This document shows positions 1 through 12,400 of a stretch of DNA of 64,000 bases, piece after piece (within the stretch, counting starts at the first letter, position 1; the number at the start of each line of letters is the position of its first letter). The notes under the pieces are model-generated. The model ran no database searches. It saw only the letters and a list, made by a program, of their open reading frames with translations, and was not told where the DNA came from. Made by a program: the position numbers and the translations under genes. This DNA is from Marsupella aquatica (taxonomy: Eukaryota > Plantae > Marchantiophyta): the NCBI GenBank assembly GCA_973895155.1, contig OZ316892.1:10334283-10398282 (forward strand), written 5' to 3'.

Positions 1-640
1 TGACTCATCATCACCAGGTTTGGTGTTTGGGTGAGTCACCAGGCTTGGAGTTTGGATGAGCCTCGTTGATGGCAGCTGGCTCAGGTTGGTTTCGGATGCT
101 ATTTAAGCCTTGAGCTTTGGCTCATTGCGGTTCTCTGTTGGCTATCGAGTTCTGTTGTGTTCCGTTCTGTGAGTTTCGCTGTGTTCTGTGGAATTCGACT
201 ATTGTGCGGCAATTTTGGTGTTTTGTGCAAGTGTTGGATCCGGTGTGGGTTCTCGAGCTTGGAGTCTCGTTGATCCAGGCTCGAGTTTCTTGTGAGCTAG
301 GTTAGGACTAGTCGAGTAGCTAGTCAAGTTTTGGATTTTGTGAGATAAGGAGGAGAGTTTTTCCGTCAAATTTTGAGTAGATAGCCACTCGAGGAGTTCA
401 GCTTGACAAGTTAGAGGTAGCGGCCCGCCGTAGGGCCAGCTACTAGACTCTTGCGAGCAAGCTTACTCGAGGGCACCCATTGTAACCATTGAGAGAAAAG
501 TAAAAAAATTAAGGAGTGAGAGTTCGCTCCGAAAAGTGCTTGTTGCCTGTCCCAATCGCAGCCAAAAATGCGCAGTTTACCCGAGGAGCCCCTAACTTCT
601 AGTCCACGCAACAACGTGACCATTTTTAAGGGGGGGTGCA

Positions 641-2130
641 AGTCACGGAACTCGATACCTCAACACTAAGCTCCGACGTCACTGACACCAATGCCGAGCT
701 CCCTTATGGTCCAGGCCCATATAGGCCATCCAGAGAGGACTTAGCATAGGGAGACTTGTGGGCAATGAGACGTGGCACTGGCGAAGGCAAGGTGCCAAGC
801 TGGTGACACACACTAAGGACTTAGGCTAGCTGAGAGCTGGTCGGGTCAAGGGGATAAGGGGCTAGGCTCAAGGTTGACCGTCCGGACCCCCGGACAAACT
901 TTGAGTTTTGAGGGCTTGAGTGTGAGCTCCTCTTGGGCCCAAGGCCAATGGAGTTGATGCCATGGGCAACAGACGCTTGGGGCGCGAGTTACGGCCTGAT
1001 CCGGGTTTGGCCGATCGGGGACCCCAAGTAGCAATGAGACCTGAGGGCCTAAGCATGAGCACTAGGTTGGCCCGATCACAACGGGCTAACTAAGGCACTC
1101 CGCTTGCGGACGCCTAACGAGAAAGTTATGGGCGTTGCCAGTTGGTGGCGCGCCCAATATGCAAGATAGGGTCCGGGTTGGGGGCCAAAAGTTTAGGGAC
1201 CAAAGCTGGTCCAGGGGTGACAGGTCTCTAGAAGCATATATGAGGGGAGTGGTGTCTCCCTGGGGGCTAAGGGGCGAGCCGAAGTTGTGAGCCGCGTCGG
1301 TCGCAACACTAAGGGAAACCACCAAACGGATATGACGATATCTTCCCAACGGGAAGTCTGTTGGAGGACTTCTTGGGTGAGTTGGAAAGCTCTCAAAGAA
1401 GGCTACGTCTTCTTGAGCTCAGTTGGGTCTAGGGACACCATGGGTTCTTGGGGTTTGCGGGTGTTATCTCGCCCATTTGCCAAATCCTACCGAAATAGCA
1501 GCCATGTCGCGTTCAGTCTCCCAAGGGAGCTTGCATTGGGGAGACAAGGCCAAGTAGCGTGGAGGATGATTTCCAAGGGTGCTTGGCCCCTAGACCATCA
1601 GTGGGGAAAACCGGGAGTTGGTTGCTAGAGTCGGGGCCATTCTGGTCCCGACATGTTGGGACAAGCTTTAGGACAAGCTATGCTAATTGGGCCATGAGCA
1701 TGTCCTGGGGTCAGGGCGGTCAGTTGGTGATGGATGTACGAGGGGAAACCCGGGCTGCGCCCAAGGAAGGAGCTATTATGGACGTCAAACAGTGGGCGTG
1801 GGTTCTGGTTCCAGCTTATGGCGTTGGGAGGACCTATCACTGACCTATTTACCAATGTCCGTTGAGCTTGATTTAGGATGCTAGACTTGGGAGTTCTAGA
1901 TCCTGAAGGGTTACTTACCAAGGTGCTTGGTTGTTTGTGCAGACTATGAGGACCGTTGAGTAGCGGTCGTGTTGGAGAGCAAGTGCGGCTTCGTATGGGA
2001 GTGGCTGCGGGTGGTGCAAGGGACACCAAGGTGCTTGCTCGAGGTATTTCGTGGAGGCGTTTGGGCACCAGGGGCACTTAGACGTGGGTGCCGGGATTGG
2101 TGAGGGCGCTGGGTGGCAAGGTCCACCACT
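641..2130 (+). mobile_element. ~1.5-kb LTR (family A, copy 1) with AGT...ACT termini; probably the 3' LTR of an element extending left
   Basis: Aligns by eye end to end with 8890-9483 plus 13332-14189. Immediately preceded by a polypurine tract-like AAGGGGGGG-TGCA (628-640). Termini are imperfect inverted repeats (AGTCACGGAACTCG / CAAGGTCCACCACT). Confidence 0.65.
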
Positions 2131-2319
2131 TATACAAAGAGAAAAGTCATGGAATTCTTTATGTAGTTAGAGGGGCATTGTGAGTAGAATACTCAAGAAA
2201 CCCTTCTTATACTAAAGTCACTTATTCAGTTTAAACTTAACAAAAAAGATTAAAATTCCACTATTTTTACTTAGTTGAGCTTCTTTCCAATATACCACCT
2301 TATCACATAACTCCCCCCT
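2131..2319 (-). mobile_element. PPT and truncated 3' LTR of the Ty3/gypsy remnant
   Basis: Minus strand reads AGGGGGGAGTTA then TGTGATA (LTR start 2307) directly after the integrase end. The sequence is cut off at 2130 by the family A LTR. Confidence 0.6.
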
Positions 2320-2339
2320 GAAACGACAATGTGTCCTCA

Positions 2340-3489
2340 CAAGTCTGGAGATAGAAAATATTTATTTACTCGGAAGCCATTGATTCTTGTGTCCAAAACT
2401 TGCCCTCCAAAGTTTCCAAAGTTAAAGATCCATTCTCCCATACCTTATCCACATGATAGGGTCCAATCCAGTGTGTGTATAGTTTGCCAGGAAAGAGTAT
2501 ATAACCAGAGTCATAGACAAGTACCGTATCTCCTTCCTTGATTGTTGGAGTTTCAACCTCTTATCATAAGCAAGTTTCTGTTTATTATTGTTGAGACTTA
2601 GTTTCTTGTACAGCAGTAAATCAATTCTCTTCCAATAAATCATATTCTCTAATCGACAAGTTAAGCTTTCCTCTTCTGAAGCCCTTGCTACCACAATTAA
2701 TTATTCGCTCAGTTGCAACATCAAATTCAATGGGAATAATACTAGTCAAGCCATAAGTTAAATGAAATGGTGTAAACTTGGTAGTAATTTTCTCCGCAGT
2801 TTGATATGCCCATAAGGCTGAGGGTAACTTGTTATCCCAACCTGTTTTGTGTGCCAAAACTTAACTTATTAAGGATTTTTCCCATGATAATATTTGCCCT
2901 CTCTATTAAGCCGTTTGCCCTTGGGTTGTAAGGTGTGGTTTTTTGATGTCTAATGAGATATTTTGTGGTGATAATCTCTATGGTCTCATTAAGAAAATGG
3001 AGTCCCCTATCACTTACTAACTCAAGGGGCAACCAAATTGAGTTATGATATTGTCAAATATAAATGCAGCGACTGTGGCAACATCATTCTTCTTAGTATG
3101 TTTTGCCTCAACCCATTTGGTCATATAATCAGTTGCTAAAATTATATACTTTTACTAACTCGAGCTGAACAAGAAATGGGCCCAACAAAGTCTATGCCCC
3201 ATTTTTCAAAAGGGTAAAATGGAAGAATAGGTGTTAAGGGCAACTTTGAGGAAGTTGTGGGCTTACCCAGTCTTTGGCATGGGTCACAACTCTTAATAAA
3301 GTTGTAGGTGTCACGATGCATTGTCGGCCACCAATAACCTGCGTCATGACTTTTCTTGACTGTAGTGTTGACTGCATAGTGTCCACCAGTCTCTTCTGTG
3401 TGTAGATCCAGAAATAACATGAGGTGTTTCCTTGATCTGAAGGAGTGGGAAGGAACTTGAGGCCGCTTTTGAGAGGACTTATGCAGCAC
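2340..3489 (-). pseudogene. Degenerate Ty3/gypsy integrase (pol C-terminus)
   Basis: Frameshifted fragments show the H2C2 zinc finger (LH..ETGGH...AGYWWPTMHRD...SCDPCQR), the rve core (FEKWGIDFVGP, LVSDRGLHF, TTPYNPRANGLIER), WDNKLPSALWAY...TPFHLTYG and a GPY motif (WIGPY). Confidence 0.92.
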
Positions 3490-3524
3490 ATAAGGAAAGG
3501 AGGGAGATGGAGACTAAGCTGGCG

Positions 3525-3785
3525 AGCACTGCAAAGCCTTCCACGACAAAAAACCCCGACCAATTCCTGCTGGTAATTGCACATCAAAATCTAACAGGAT
3601 ACAATACGTGATACCCTGTATTGCTTTCCTAGACAATGTCCCTTTACATTCAGACACCCAAAAATTCCTTTGCAGTTGTTCGTAAAATGGTACGGTGTAA
3701 GCAAGTCGGTCAGGGCAGGGTGGGTAGCGAGTGGCAGGGCAGGCATGCAGGGTAGGGTAGCCAGAGCTGGGCAAGGCAGGGCAGG
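3525..3785. repeat. Dispersed duplicated segment (second copy at ~8095-8330)
   Basis: Shared text such as GCCTTCCAYGACAAAAAA...CCGACCAATTC, TTTCCTAGACAATGTCCCTTTACATTCA and ATGGTACGGTGTAAGCAAGTCGG, followed by GGGCA-rich low-complexity sequence. Confidence 0.75.
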
Positions 3786-4092
3786 TGCATCCCACTCCGT
3801 CCACTATTCTTCGTCCGACCCTTTCCGACCCAAATGAAATTAAACTGGTACATGGATGTTCTGCCCATACCACAATATTATGTTTGATATCAACAACCTC
3901 AACGACAGATGAATGCAAAGAGCGCAAAAATTGCTCGCACATCACTTTCAATGCTGCCGTCATTTGCGAGTTTGCGCAGGATTGATATAGTCTCTCTAAA
4001 TCCCATGTGCATTCTAGAGCTCGATTCCTCCATCTGGACTCAAATTTCTGCCTTTGGCCTCAAATTTCATCAATCTCAATTTCAACGTGAAC

Positions 4093-7000
4093 TGTGACAT
4101 GAGTAACATGTCACTTAACAAAATGCAGGGCCTGGATTTGGACTTATACGGTCATTAGGACCGTAGCCATAGCGTAGAATAGCACGAGTAGTCGTCTTTG
4201 CCATTATGAATAGATTAGGAGACTTAGGTTAGTTGACTGAATGATTATGAATTAAGGAAGGGGATTATTGCAATCGACCAAGGTACGGTGGCGGCGGCAG
4301 AGTAAAAATCTGTTAGGGGATCACGCTTGGACCGAGACGCCAACTTCAGCTCATTATCAACGACCAAAACGGTCTGGCCCTCTCACGCTCGAGCTCACTC
4401 GGGCACCTCCATAAGAGCGGAGTCAATGGTGTTGCGGTCCATTTGCTCATTTCTACCTTTCAGAATTCGCGGACGTTGCCATTCACTCTTACCTTTTGGT
4501 CATATCAAGCTACCTTTTACGAGGAACTTATCAAGGGTTAAGAACAGATTGTGGCGGGATTTAGTCAGGGCGAGTAAGGCCGCCACCAGCAAACAAAACT
4601 GCCGGGTGGGAACGCGGACTCAACGAACCAGACTACAAAGGTTAGTATGACCCTTACAGCCTTGGGATTTTGGACCTTGTTTGGCGAGGTTGGTGCTAAG
4701 TTCTCTGAGACTTACTAGTACTCTTGCCCCGAGAAAGTTGCTTACGAACAAAGATACATGAAGTTGGTGGCCAAGGTAGCACAGGTTAACTGTGAGAAGA
4801 CGGCCATCACCAAGGATTCTAGTTACAACGAGCTGCGGGATTACATCACCGAGCTATATATCAGCGAGGAGGGGTTTAGATTGGTAGTAGAGGCGATTCT
4901 TGAGGTCCCTACGAAGTTCTTTAGGCTGAGAGGCAGCCAGAGAGTGACTCCAGCGGAGTTCGACAAGATTCCGGGATACATCGACCAGTAGATTGCAGCC
5001 GAGAAGCGTGAAGAAGACATCAGCAGACAACAGGAAGCAGCGCGTAATCTTACATTCCTCCGGGAAAGCTCCAATGCCTTCAACTGGGATATGGCTACCC
5101 CGACACCAACCCCCAGCCCCTCAGCCAATGACCACCGATGAACCACCAAATTGGTCCCAAGTCCATCCCGTGAACAACACCGAGTGTTCCTCGGGTTTTG
5201 AACATGTTAGTCCGCAGCTTGAGCAGCGTTCTCGAAGTGGGCAAGGACGATGCCGGCCCCCAAATTAACCGACACCGCGAACCAACACCGCCCCTGCACC
5301 TGCCCCGGTGAACCCCCCGACCAACTGACCAGACGGCCCTTGGATAATCCAAAGTCTAACTGATTACAGGTAATTCGCGTTCCCAAGGTAGTCTGGATTG
5401 CGATCAAGAAACCTGACCACACGGACTATCTCAAGGAGCATCAGTTGGAGCAATTCGCTCACTTGCTATGGAGACCTTGTGCAGCCGCGCCAAAGGAGAT
5501 TTGTGAGTTCATATCCAACTTTGATACTGACGCATCGACCACCAAGGTTTCAGGATAGACCTTATCACTCATGGAGCATCGGTTGGCACAGATCTTTTGT
5601 CTACGAACCGGGCTGGTGTCGGTCGAACTCCAAATTCGGGATAAGGAGTATACACCTTGGCACTTCAAACCCGAGGGTAAGACAGACAATGGGTACAAGC
5701 AGGGGTCATGCACCAACTTAATCTGTATGGAGCGGCTTAACTTCATACGGACTACCCTACACATGATTGAGCCACGATCCGAGATCTCCCTCTGTACGAT
5801 TGTATAGGTGGAACAGTACAAACAGTGGAACTGGGCCCAATTTTTTTACCGCAGGTTCTCGGGGGAGCTTAAGCGTGCTCAAAGAGGTATGGCTATCGGG
5901 GGAAAGACCTACCTAGGAAGTCATATTGCCATCATCCTCGCCTGGTACAAGGCGCGGCGGGAGGCCAGGGGAAAGAATATGGCCACCTCAGCCCCGACTA
6001 ATGCCACCCCCGCTACGGAGGAGGCTACCCCGAGCAAGCAGACTACCATGCCTCAGGCAAACCCCGAGCCTGCGGTCCCGACTAATACTCTGTCACCTCC
6101 TGTTGATATTCTGCAACCCCCTTCCGTCGAGCCTCCGCTACCCCCGGTACAACTACCCCCAATCCCTCCACCACCTGAAGAAACCTTCCCCTCCCCATTG
6201 TAGGCTACGGAGGAGCTCGCCGCCCCGCCCAAGGAACCACCGGTGCTCGAGAGGATGGAGGACTACCAAGTAGCCCCTGGGACCATGGCCTACGACCTGG
6301 TCCAAAAGTTTACCCAGACTATGTTAGGAGAACTGGCGACATACATCAGACAACAAGTCTTGGCGTACTTCCAACCAGCCTTCTTCATGTTAGAGCACCA
6401 ACCGCGGATCGTAAGCCGCTTGGAGGACGAACTCATGGCAAAGGGGAACGAGATCGGGCGCCTCCAAATGCTTGTAGAACACCTTGAAGAGGAGGCCACT
6501 ACCCGCCGTGAGGAGTTAGTCCGCACCGTTGAACAACGGGATGGACTAAGCCATGAGTTGAGCACGGTGCAAGCAGATCTTAAGAAGCGGGATGACACCG
6601 TGCTTTGGTTGCGCTCAGAATCCTCGGCTCGGGTTACCAGCCTGACCGACCTCAACAACCAACTCTTGCAGTCAGCTTAGCAGGTGGCTAGTCTCTCCGC
6701 CGAGCGAGATAAATTGTTGGCACAGGACCAGACCCATCGTGATTCCATCGGCCAGCTCAGCCTGGAGGTAGCATGAATCCAGGTCAAAGTTGATGAAGCT
6801 GCAAATGAGGCAGAAGAGGCGGTACGGGACAACAAGGCCTTGCAGGACCGTGTTACCCTGCTTGTCCTCCAGTGGGCAAAACCTGGCCCCACCTCTGATC
6901 AAGGCGGCTCAAGGTCTCGCCCCGACAAGGGGACAAACCCTGGCCCGACCACAGCATGCACGTAAGTGGTGGTTAGCAGAGGGTATGAGCAGGCGCCGCG

Positions 7001-7956
7001 CGGGGCAGTTGAGTCAACATCATCTTTTTTATTAGGCTTAACGACAGAATAGCTGTCATTAGTCACCGATTAGCGGTGCAGTAGGAAGCATTAGGACAGA
7101 ATCAGTTAGGATCGGCCGACGTAGGATAGAGTCCATCAACAGACTAGGATTTTTTGTCAGTAGACTTGGCTACTACCACCCCGGTCAACGCCCTCGCCAC
7201 TGACGGTCAACCGGTCAGAGGTAGTGCGGCCGGTTAGTCAGGTGGTAGTTAGTCAGTAGGCATTACCCAGGAGGTAGTATCTTCCGGTTCCCTTTCCGCA
7301 AATATAGTATTTAGGCTTCCCCTTCCGCTGTGGGAGGGGGAGAAGGCTTAGTTATCTTAGCGCAAGAAAAGGTGAGGCACGGGGAGTCCCGGCCTGAGCA
7401 GGGTCAGAGTGCACTAAGGAGTGAGAGCCAGAGTCAAGCTTGTTGGGCAAGCGCGGGGCAGGGCCTCGTAGAGACTGGGCATCGACTGCCGTTAGGCCTG
7501 CTAACCCCCTTAGAAGTCGAGTCAACTATGTAGAGTGATTCTTCACTGAGTAAATGTAGTCTTTTCCCTCTGATTCTACTGCGAGTAACTGGCGTTGCGT
7601 GTATGCTTGGTCTGGGCAAAGGCACCATTTCAAGGGACGTATCGGGTGCAGACTAATGGTAGGGATTGCCACCAATTGCAGGTCACAAAGTTTTGTCGCA
7701 TCGATGGCTTGAAAGCCCCAAGCCGGGAGTTAGTCCAAGTCACTAATTGTGGGAATATTCCAGCAGTGGAAAACAAATATACCTATGATCAGTGCGAGTC
7801 GTGTAAGTAGTATACCGATAAGTATATTGACTTAGCCCGATTTAAGACTAATCGGGCCCGCTACACACCTCCTTGCCCAAACCCTCACCCCTACTGGTGG
7901 TCGAGGTCGCCCCAGGGAACTAACTCGGATTTAAGGCCCGGGTTATGGGCGCGACA
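4093..7956 (+). mobile_element. ~3.86-kb TG...CA element (family B, copy 1): solo-LTR-like and ORF-containing
   Basis: Starts TGTGAC and ends GCGACA. Perfect 5-bp TSD TGAAC (4088-4092 and 7957-7961). Colinear with 9484-13326. Confidence 0.88.
4647..6965 (+). pseudogene. Decayed ORF inside family B copy 1: plant-transposon accessory-like domain, Pro-rich linker and coiled coil
   Basis: ORF fragments at 4758, 5571, 5808 and 6243 share one frame and are broken by TAG stops that are sense codons in copy 2. Motifs include EFISNF...LAQIFCL and WNWAQFFY..F..EL...YLGSHIAIILAWY. Resemblance to Athila/Tat accessory (PMD/Transposase_32-like) proteins is judged by eye. Confidence 0.7.
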
Positions 7957-8599
7957 TGAACCAGGCTACATTCCGTTGAGAATTCTTCCATTTCAAGCTG
8001 GAACAGGATTTCAAGCTCAAACAGGATGTACAATGGAGTTGACTACTGGAATTCTTGTGAAGAATCAAATGCTTCTCATCAGTGGAATGTGACCATTGCA
8101 AGGCCTTCCATGACAAAAAAAAGGCCGACCAATTCGTGCTAGTAACTGCCCATGAAAATCTAGCAAGATACGATATATGTGATACCATGTACTGCTTTCC
8201 TAGACAATGTCCCTTTACATTCACCCAAAACTTCTTTTGCAGTTGGTCGTCAAATGGTACGGTGTAAGCAAGTCGGGCAGGGTAGGGTGGGTAGCCACTA
8301 GCAGGGCAGCCAGTGTAGGGCAGCCAGGGCAAGACAGCCAGAGACAGGCAGGGCAAGGCAGCCAGGGCAATATGTGCAGCCACGGTGCTAGGCAGCATAT
8401 GGGCAGGGCAGCGAAGGGGCAGGGCAACAGTGCCCATTGCCCTGAACAAAAAGATCTTTGCAAGCACTTTGGGCAGAAAGAACTCGGGTGGAAGAGATAC
8501 TTCCCAAACATGTGGGCGAATAAAAAAAATGAAAAATACAAAGACAAAAGACAAAAATTATTCTTTGTGGTTGTTGTTACTCATTTTTTGCGCCCTTTT

Positions 8600-8889
8600 T
8601 GTGCGACATTTTTTTCTTAAGAACATCTTGGGCGAGACCACATCTTTTTTTCTTAATAACATCTTGGGTGACATGATATCTTTTTTTCTTAACAACATCT
8701 TGGGGGACACAACATTTTTAATTCACGACATCTTTTGTGCAATGCACTGGTATTTTCTTCACTACATCTTTTGTTCTCAACGACTTCTTGGCCGACACAA
8801 CATCAATCTTTTGTTCTCACAAAACATCTTCCTTCTCAACAAACTCTTGGCCAACACGACATCTTCCTTCTCAAAGACCTCTTGGCCGA
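8600..8889. repeat. Degenerate tandem repeat (ACGACATCTT / CTTGGCCRAC units), continued at 14190-14390
   Basis: Recurrent CATCTTTTTTTCTTAAYAACATCTTGG units. The array is split by the family A solo LTR. Confidence 0.8.
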
Positions 8890-9483
8890 AGTCGCGGAAC
8901 TCGACTACACTTAGCTCCGGCATTGCTGACTTCGACGCCGAGCTCCCTTATGGTCCAGGCCCGGATAGGCCATCCGGGGAAGACTTAGCATGGGGAGACT
9001 TGTGGGCAATGGGGCGTGGCACGGCAAAGGCGAGGCGCTAAGCTGGTGACACACACTAAGGACTTAGACAAGCTAAGGGCTGGTCGGGTCAAGGAGAAAG
9101 GGCCGGGCTCAAGGTCGACCATCCGGACACCCGGACGGACTTTGAGTTCTGAGGGCTTGAGTAAGAGCTCTTCTAAGGCCAATGAAATTGACTCCATGGG
9201 CAACGAACACTTGGGGCACAAGTTATGGCCTGATCTGGGTTTGGCCGATCGGGGGTCCCAGGCAACGATGAGATCTGAGGGCCTAGGCATGAGCACTAGG
9301 TCGACCCAATCGTATTGGGCTAAGACACTCCGATTGCGGATGCCTAACTAGAAAGTTATGGGCATTTCCGGTTGGTGGCACGCCCAGACATGCGAGTTAG
9401 GGTCTGGGTTGGGGTCCCAAAGTTTGGGGACCAAAGTTGGTCCGGGGGTGGCAGGTCTCCAGAAGAATATATGAGGAGAGTGG

Positions 9484-12400
9484 TGTGATACGGGTAACGT
9501 GTCACTAAACAGGACGCAAGTCCTAGATTAGGACTTGTATGGTCATTAGGACCATGGCCGTGGCGTAGAGTAGTACGAATAGCCGTCTTTGCCATTATGA
9601 ATAGATTAGGAGTAGGTTAGTTGACTGAATGATTACAAATTAAGGGAAGGACGTTATTACAATCGGCCGAGGTACGGTGGCGGCGGCGGAGTAAAAATTT
9701 GTTAGGAGATCACGCTTGGACCGAGATACCCAACTTCGAGCCATTATCAATGACTAAAACGGCCTCGCCTTCTCACGCTCGGGCTCACCCTGGCACCTCC
9801 ATAAGAGCTGAGTTGATGGCGCCGCGGCCCATTTGCTTATTCATACCTTTTGGAATTCATGGACGCTGCCACTCACTCTCGCATTTTGCTTGGATCAAGC
9901 TAACTTTTACGGGGAAATTATCAAAGGTTAAGAGCAAATTGTGGCGAGATTTAGTCCAGGCGAGGAAGGCCGCCACCAACGAGCGAAACTGTCGGGCGGG
10001 GACGTGGACTCAACGGACCAGACTGCAAAGGTTAGTATGACCCTTACAGCTTTGAGATTTTGGACCTTGTTTGGCGAGGTAGGTGCTAAGTTCTCCGAGA
10101 CTTACTGGTACTCTTGCCATGAGAAAGCCGCCTACGAACAAAGATACGCAAAGTTGGTGGCCAAGGTAGCACAGATTAACTATGAGGAGACAGCCATCAC
10201 CAGGGATTCCAGCTACAACGAGCTGCGGGACTACATCACCGAGCTATACATCAGCAAGGAGGGACTTAGATCGGTAGCAGAGGCAATTCTTGAAGTCCCC
10301 ACAAAGTTCTTTAGGCTGAAGGGTAGTTAGAGGCTGACTCAAGCGGAGTTAGACAAGATCCCGGGTTACATCGACCAGCAGATTGCAGCCAAGAAGCGCG
10401 AAGAAGACATTAGCAGACAACAAGAAGCGGCGCATAATCTCACATTTCTCGGGGAAAGCTCCAACACCTTCACCTGGGATATGGCTACTCCGACAGCACC
10501 CCCGACCACTCGGCCTACGACTACCAGTGTACCGCCAAACCAAACTCAGGTCCGCCCGGTGAACAACACCGAGTGCTCTTCAGGTTCTGATGGACGAGTT
10601 AGTCCGCAGCTCGAGCAGCGTTCTCGGAAGCAGGTAAGGATGACGTCGACCCCTGAACCAACCATGCGGACCAACGCCGCCCCTGCACCTGCCCCGGCCA
10701 ACCCACCAGTCCCGACGGCCCTCGAATAATCAACAGCCCAACTTATTACAAATAATCCGCGTCCCCGAGGTAGTCTGGACAGCGATCAAGAAACCCGACC
10801 ACGCGGACTATCTCAAAGAGCATCAGTTGGAGCAGTTCGCTCACTTGCTATGGAGGCCTAGTGCAACTGGGCCAAAGGAGGTTTATGAGTTCATCTCCAA
10901 CTTCGACATTGATGCAACTGCCACCAAGGGTTTAGGGCAGACCCTATCACTTACGGAGTATCGGTTGGCATATATTTTTTGTCTGCCAACCGGGCCTGTG
11001 TCGGTTGAACTCCAAATTCGGGATAAGGAGTATACACCCCGACACTTCAAGCCCGAGGGTAAGACGGACAACGGGTACAAGCAGGGATCATGCACCAACT
11101 TAGTCTGTATGGAGTGACTTAACTTCATACGGACTACCCTACACATGATTGAGCCACGATCCGAGATCTCCCTCTATACGATTGTACAGGTGGAGCAGTA
11201 TAAACGGCGGAACTAAGCCCAATTTTTTTGCCGCAGGTTCTTGGGGAAGCTTAAGCGGGCTCAAGTAGGTATGTCTATTGGGGGAAGGACCTACCTAGGA
11301 AGTCACATCACCATCATCCTCGCCTGGTACAAGGCCAGGGGAAAGAATATGGCCACCTCAGCCTCAACTAGCGTCGCCCCCGCTCCAGAGGAGGCTACCC
11401 CAAGCGAGCGCACTACCACGCCTCGAGCAAACCCCGAGCCCGTGGCCCCGACTAATACTCTGCCACCTCCTCTTGTTGAAATTCCACTGCCCCCTTTCGT
11501 CGAGCCTCCGCTACCCCCAGTACAACCACCCCCAATCCCTCCACCACCTAAAGAAACTTTCCCCTCCCCATTGCAGACTATGGAGGAGGTTCCCTCCCCG
11601 CCTGAGGAACCACCGGTGCCCAAGAGGATGGAGGACTACCAAGTAGTCCCGGGGACCATGGCCTACGACCTGGTCCAGAAGTTTAGTCAGACTCTATCAA
11701 GGGAGCTAGCGACGTACATCGGCCAACAGGTCTCGGCGTACTTCCAACCAGCCTTCTTCATGTTAGAGCACTAACCACGAATCGTAAGCCGCTTGGAGGA
11801 AGAACTCATGGCAAAAGGGAATGAGATCGGGCGCCTCCAAATGCTAGTAGAACACCTAGAGGAGGAAGCCACCACCCACCGTGAAGAGTTAGCCCGCACC
11901 GTCAAACAACGGGAAGGACTCACCCAGGAGTTGAGCGCAGCACAAGCAGATCTCAAGAAGCTGGATGACACTGTGCTTCAGCTATGCTCAGAGTCCTCGG
12001 CTCGGGTTACCAGCCTGACCGACCTCAACAAACAATTCCTGCAGGCAGCTCAGTAGGTGGCTAGTCTCTCCGCCGAGCGAGATAAATTGCTGGCGCAGGA
12101 CCAGACCCATCGTGACTCCATCGGCCAGCTCAGCCTAGAGGTAGCACGGCTCCAGACCGAGGCCGACAAAGCCGTAAATGAGGCAGAGGAGACGGTACGG
12201 GATAACAAGGCCTTGCAGGAGCGCATTACCCTGCTCGTAAGTCAGCGGAATGGACCTGGACCCACCTCTGATCAAGGCGGTTCGAGGTCTTGTCCCGATA
12301 AGAGGACAAACCCTGGACCGATAGCAACTCGCACGTAAGGGGTGGTTAGCGGAGAGAGCGGGCAGGCGCCGCTTGTTGCGGTTGGGTCAGCAACATCTTT

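Noticed and set aside
7943-9041. ORFs of 203 and 218 aa (7943-8554 minus, 8385-9041 plus)
   Set aside because: They run through low-complexity GGGCA and ACGACATCTT repeats and across TE junctions, and show no protein motifs.
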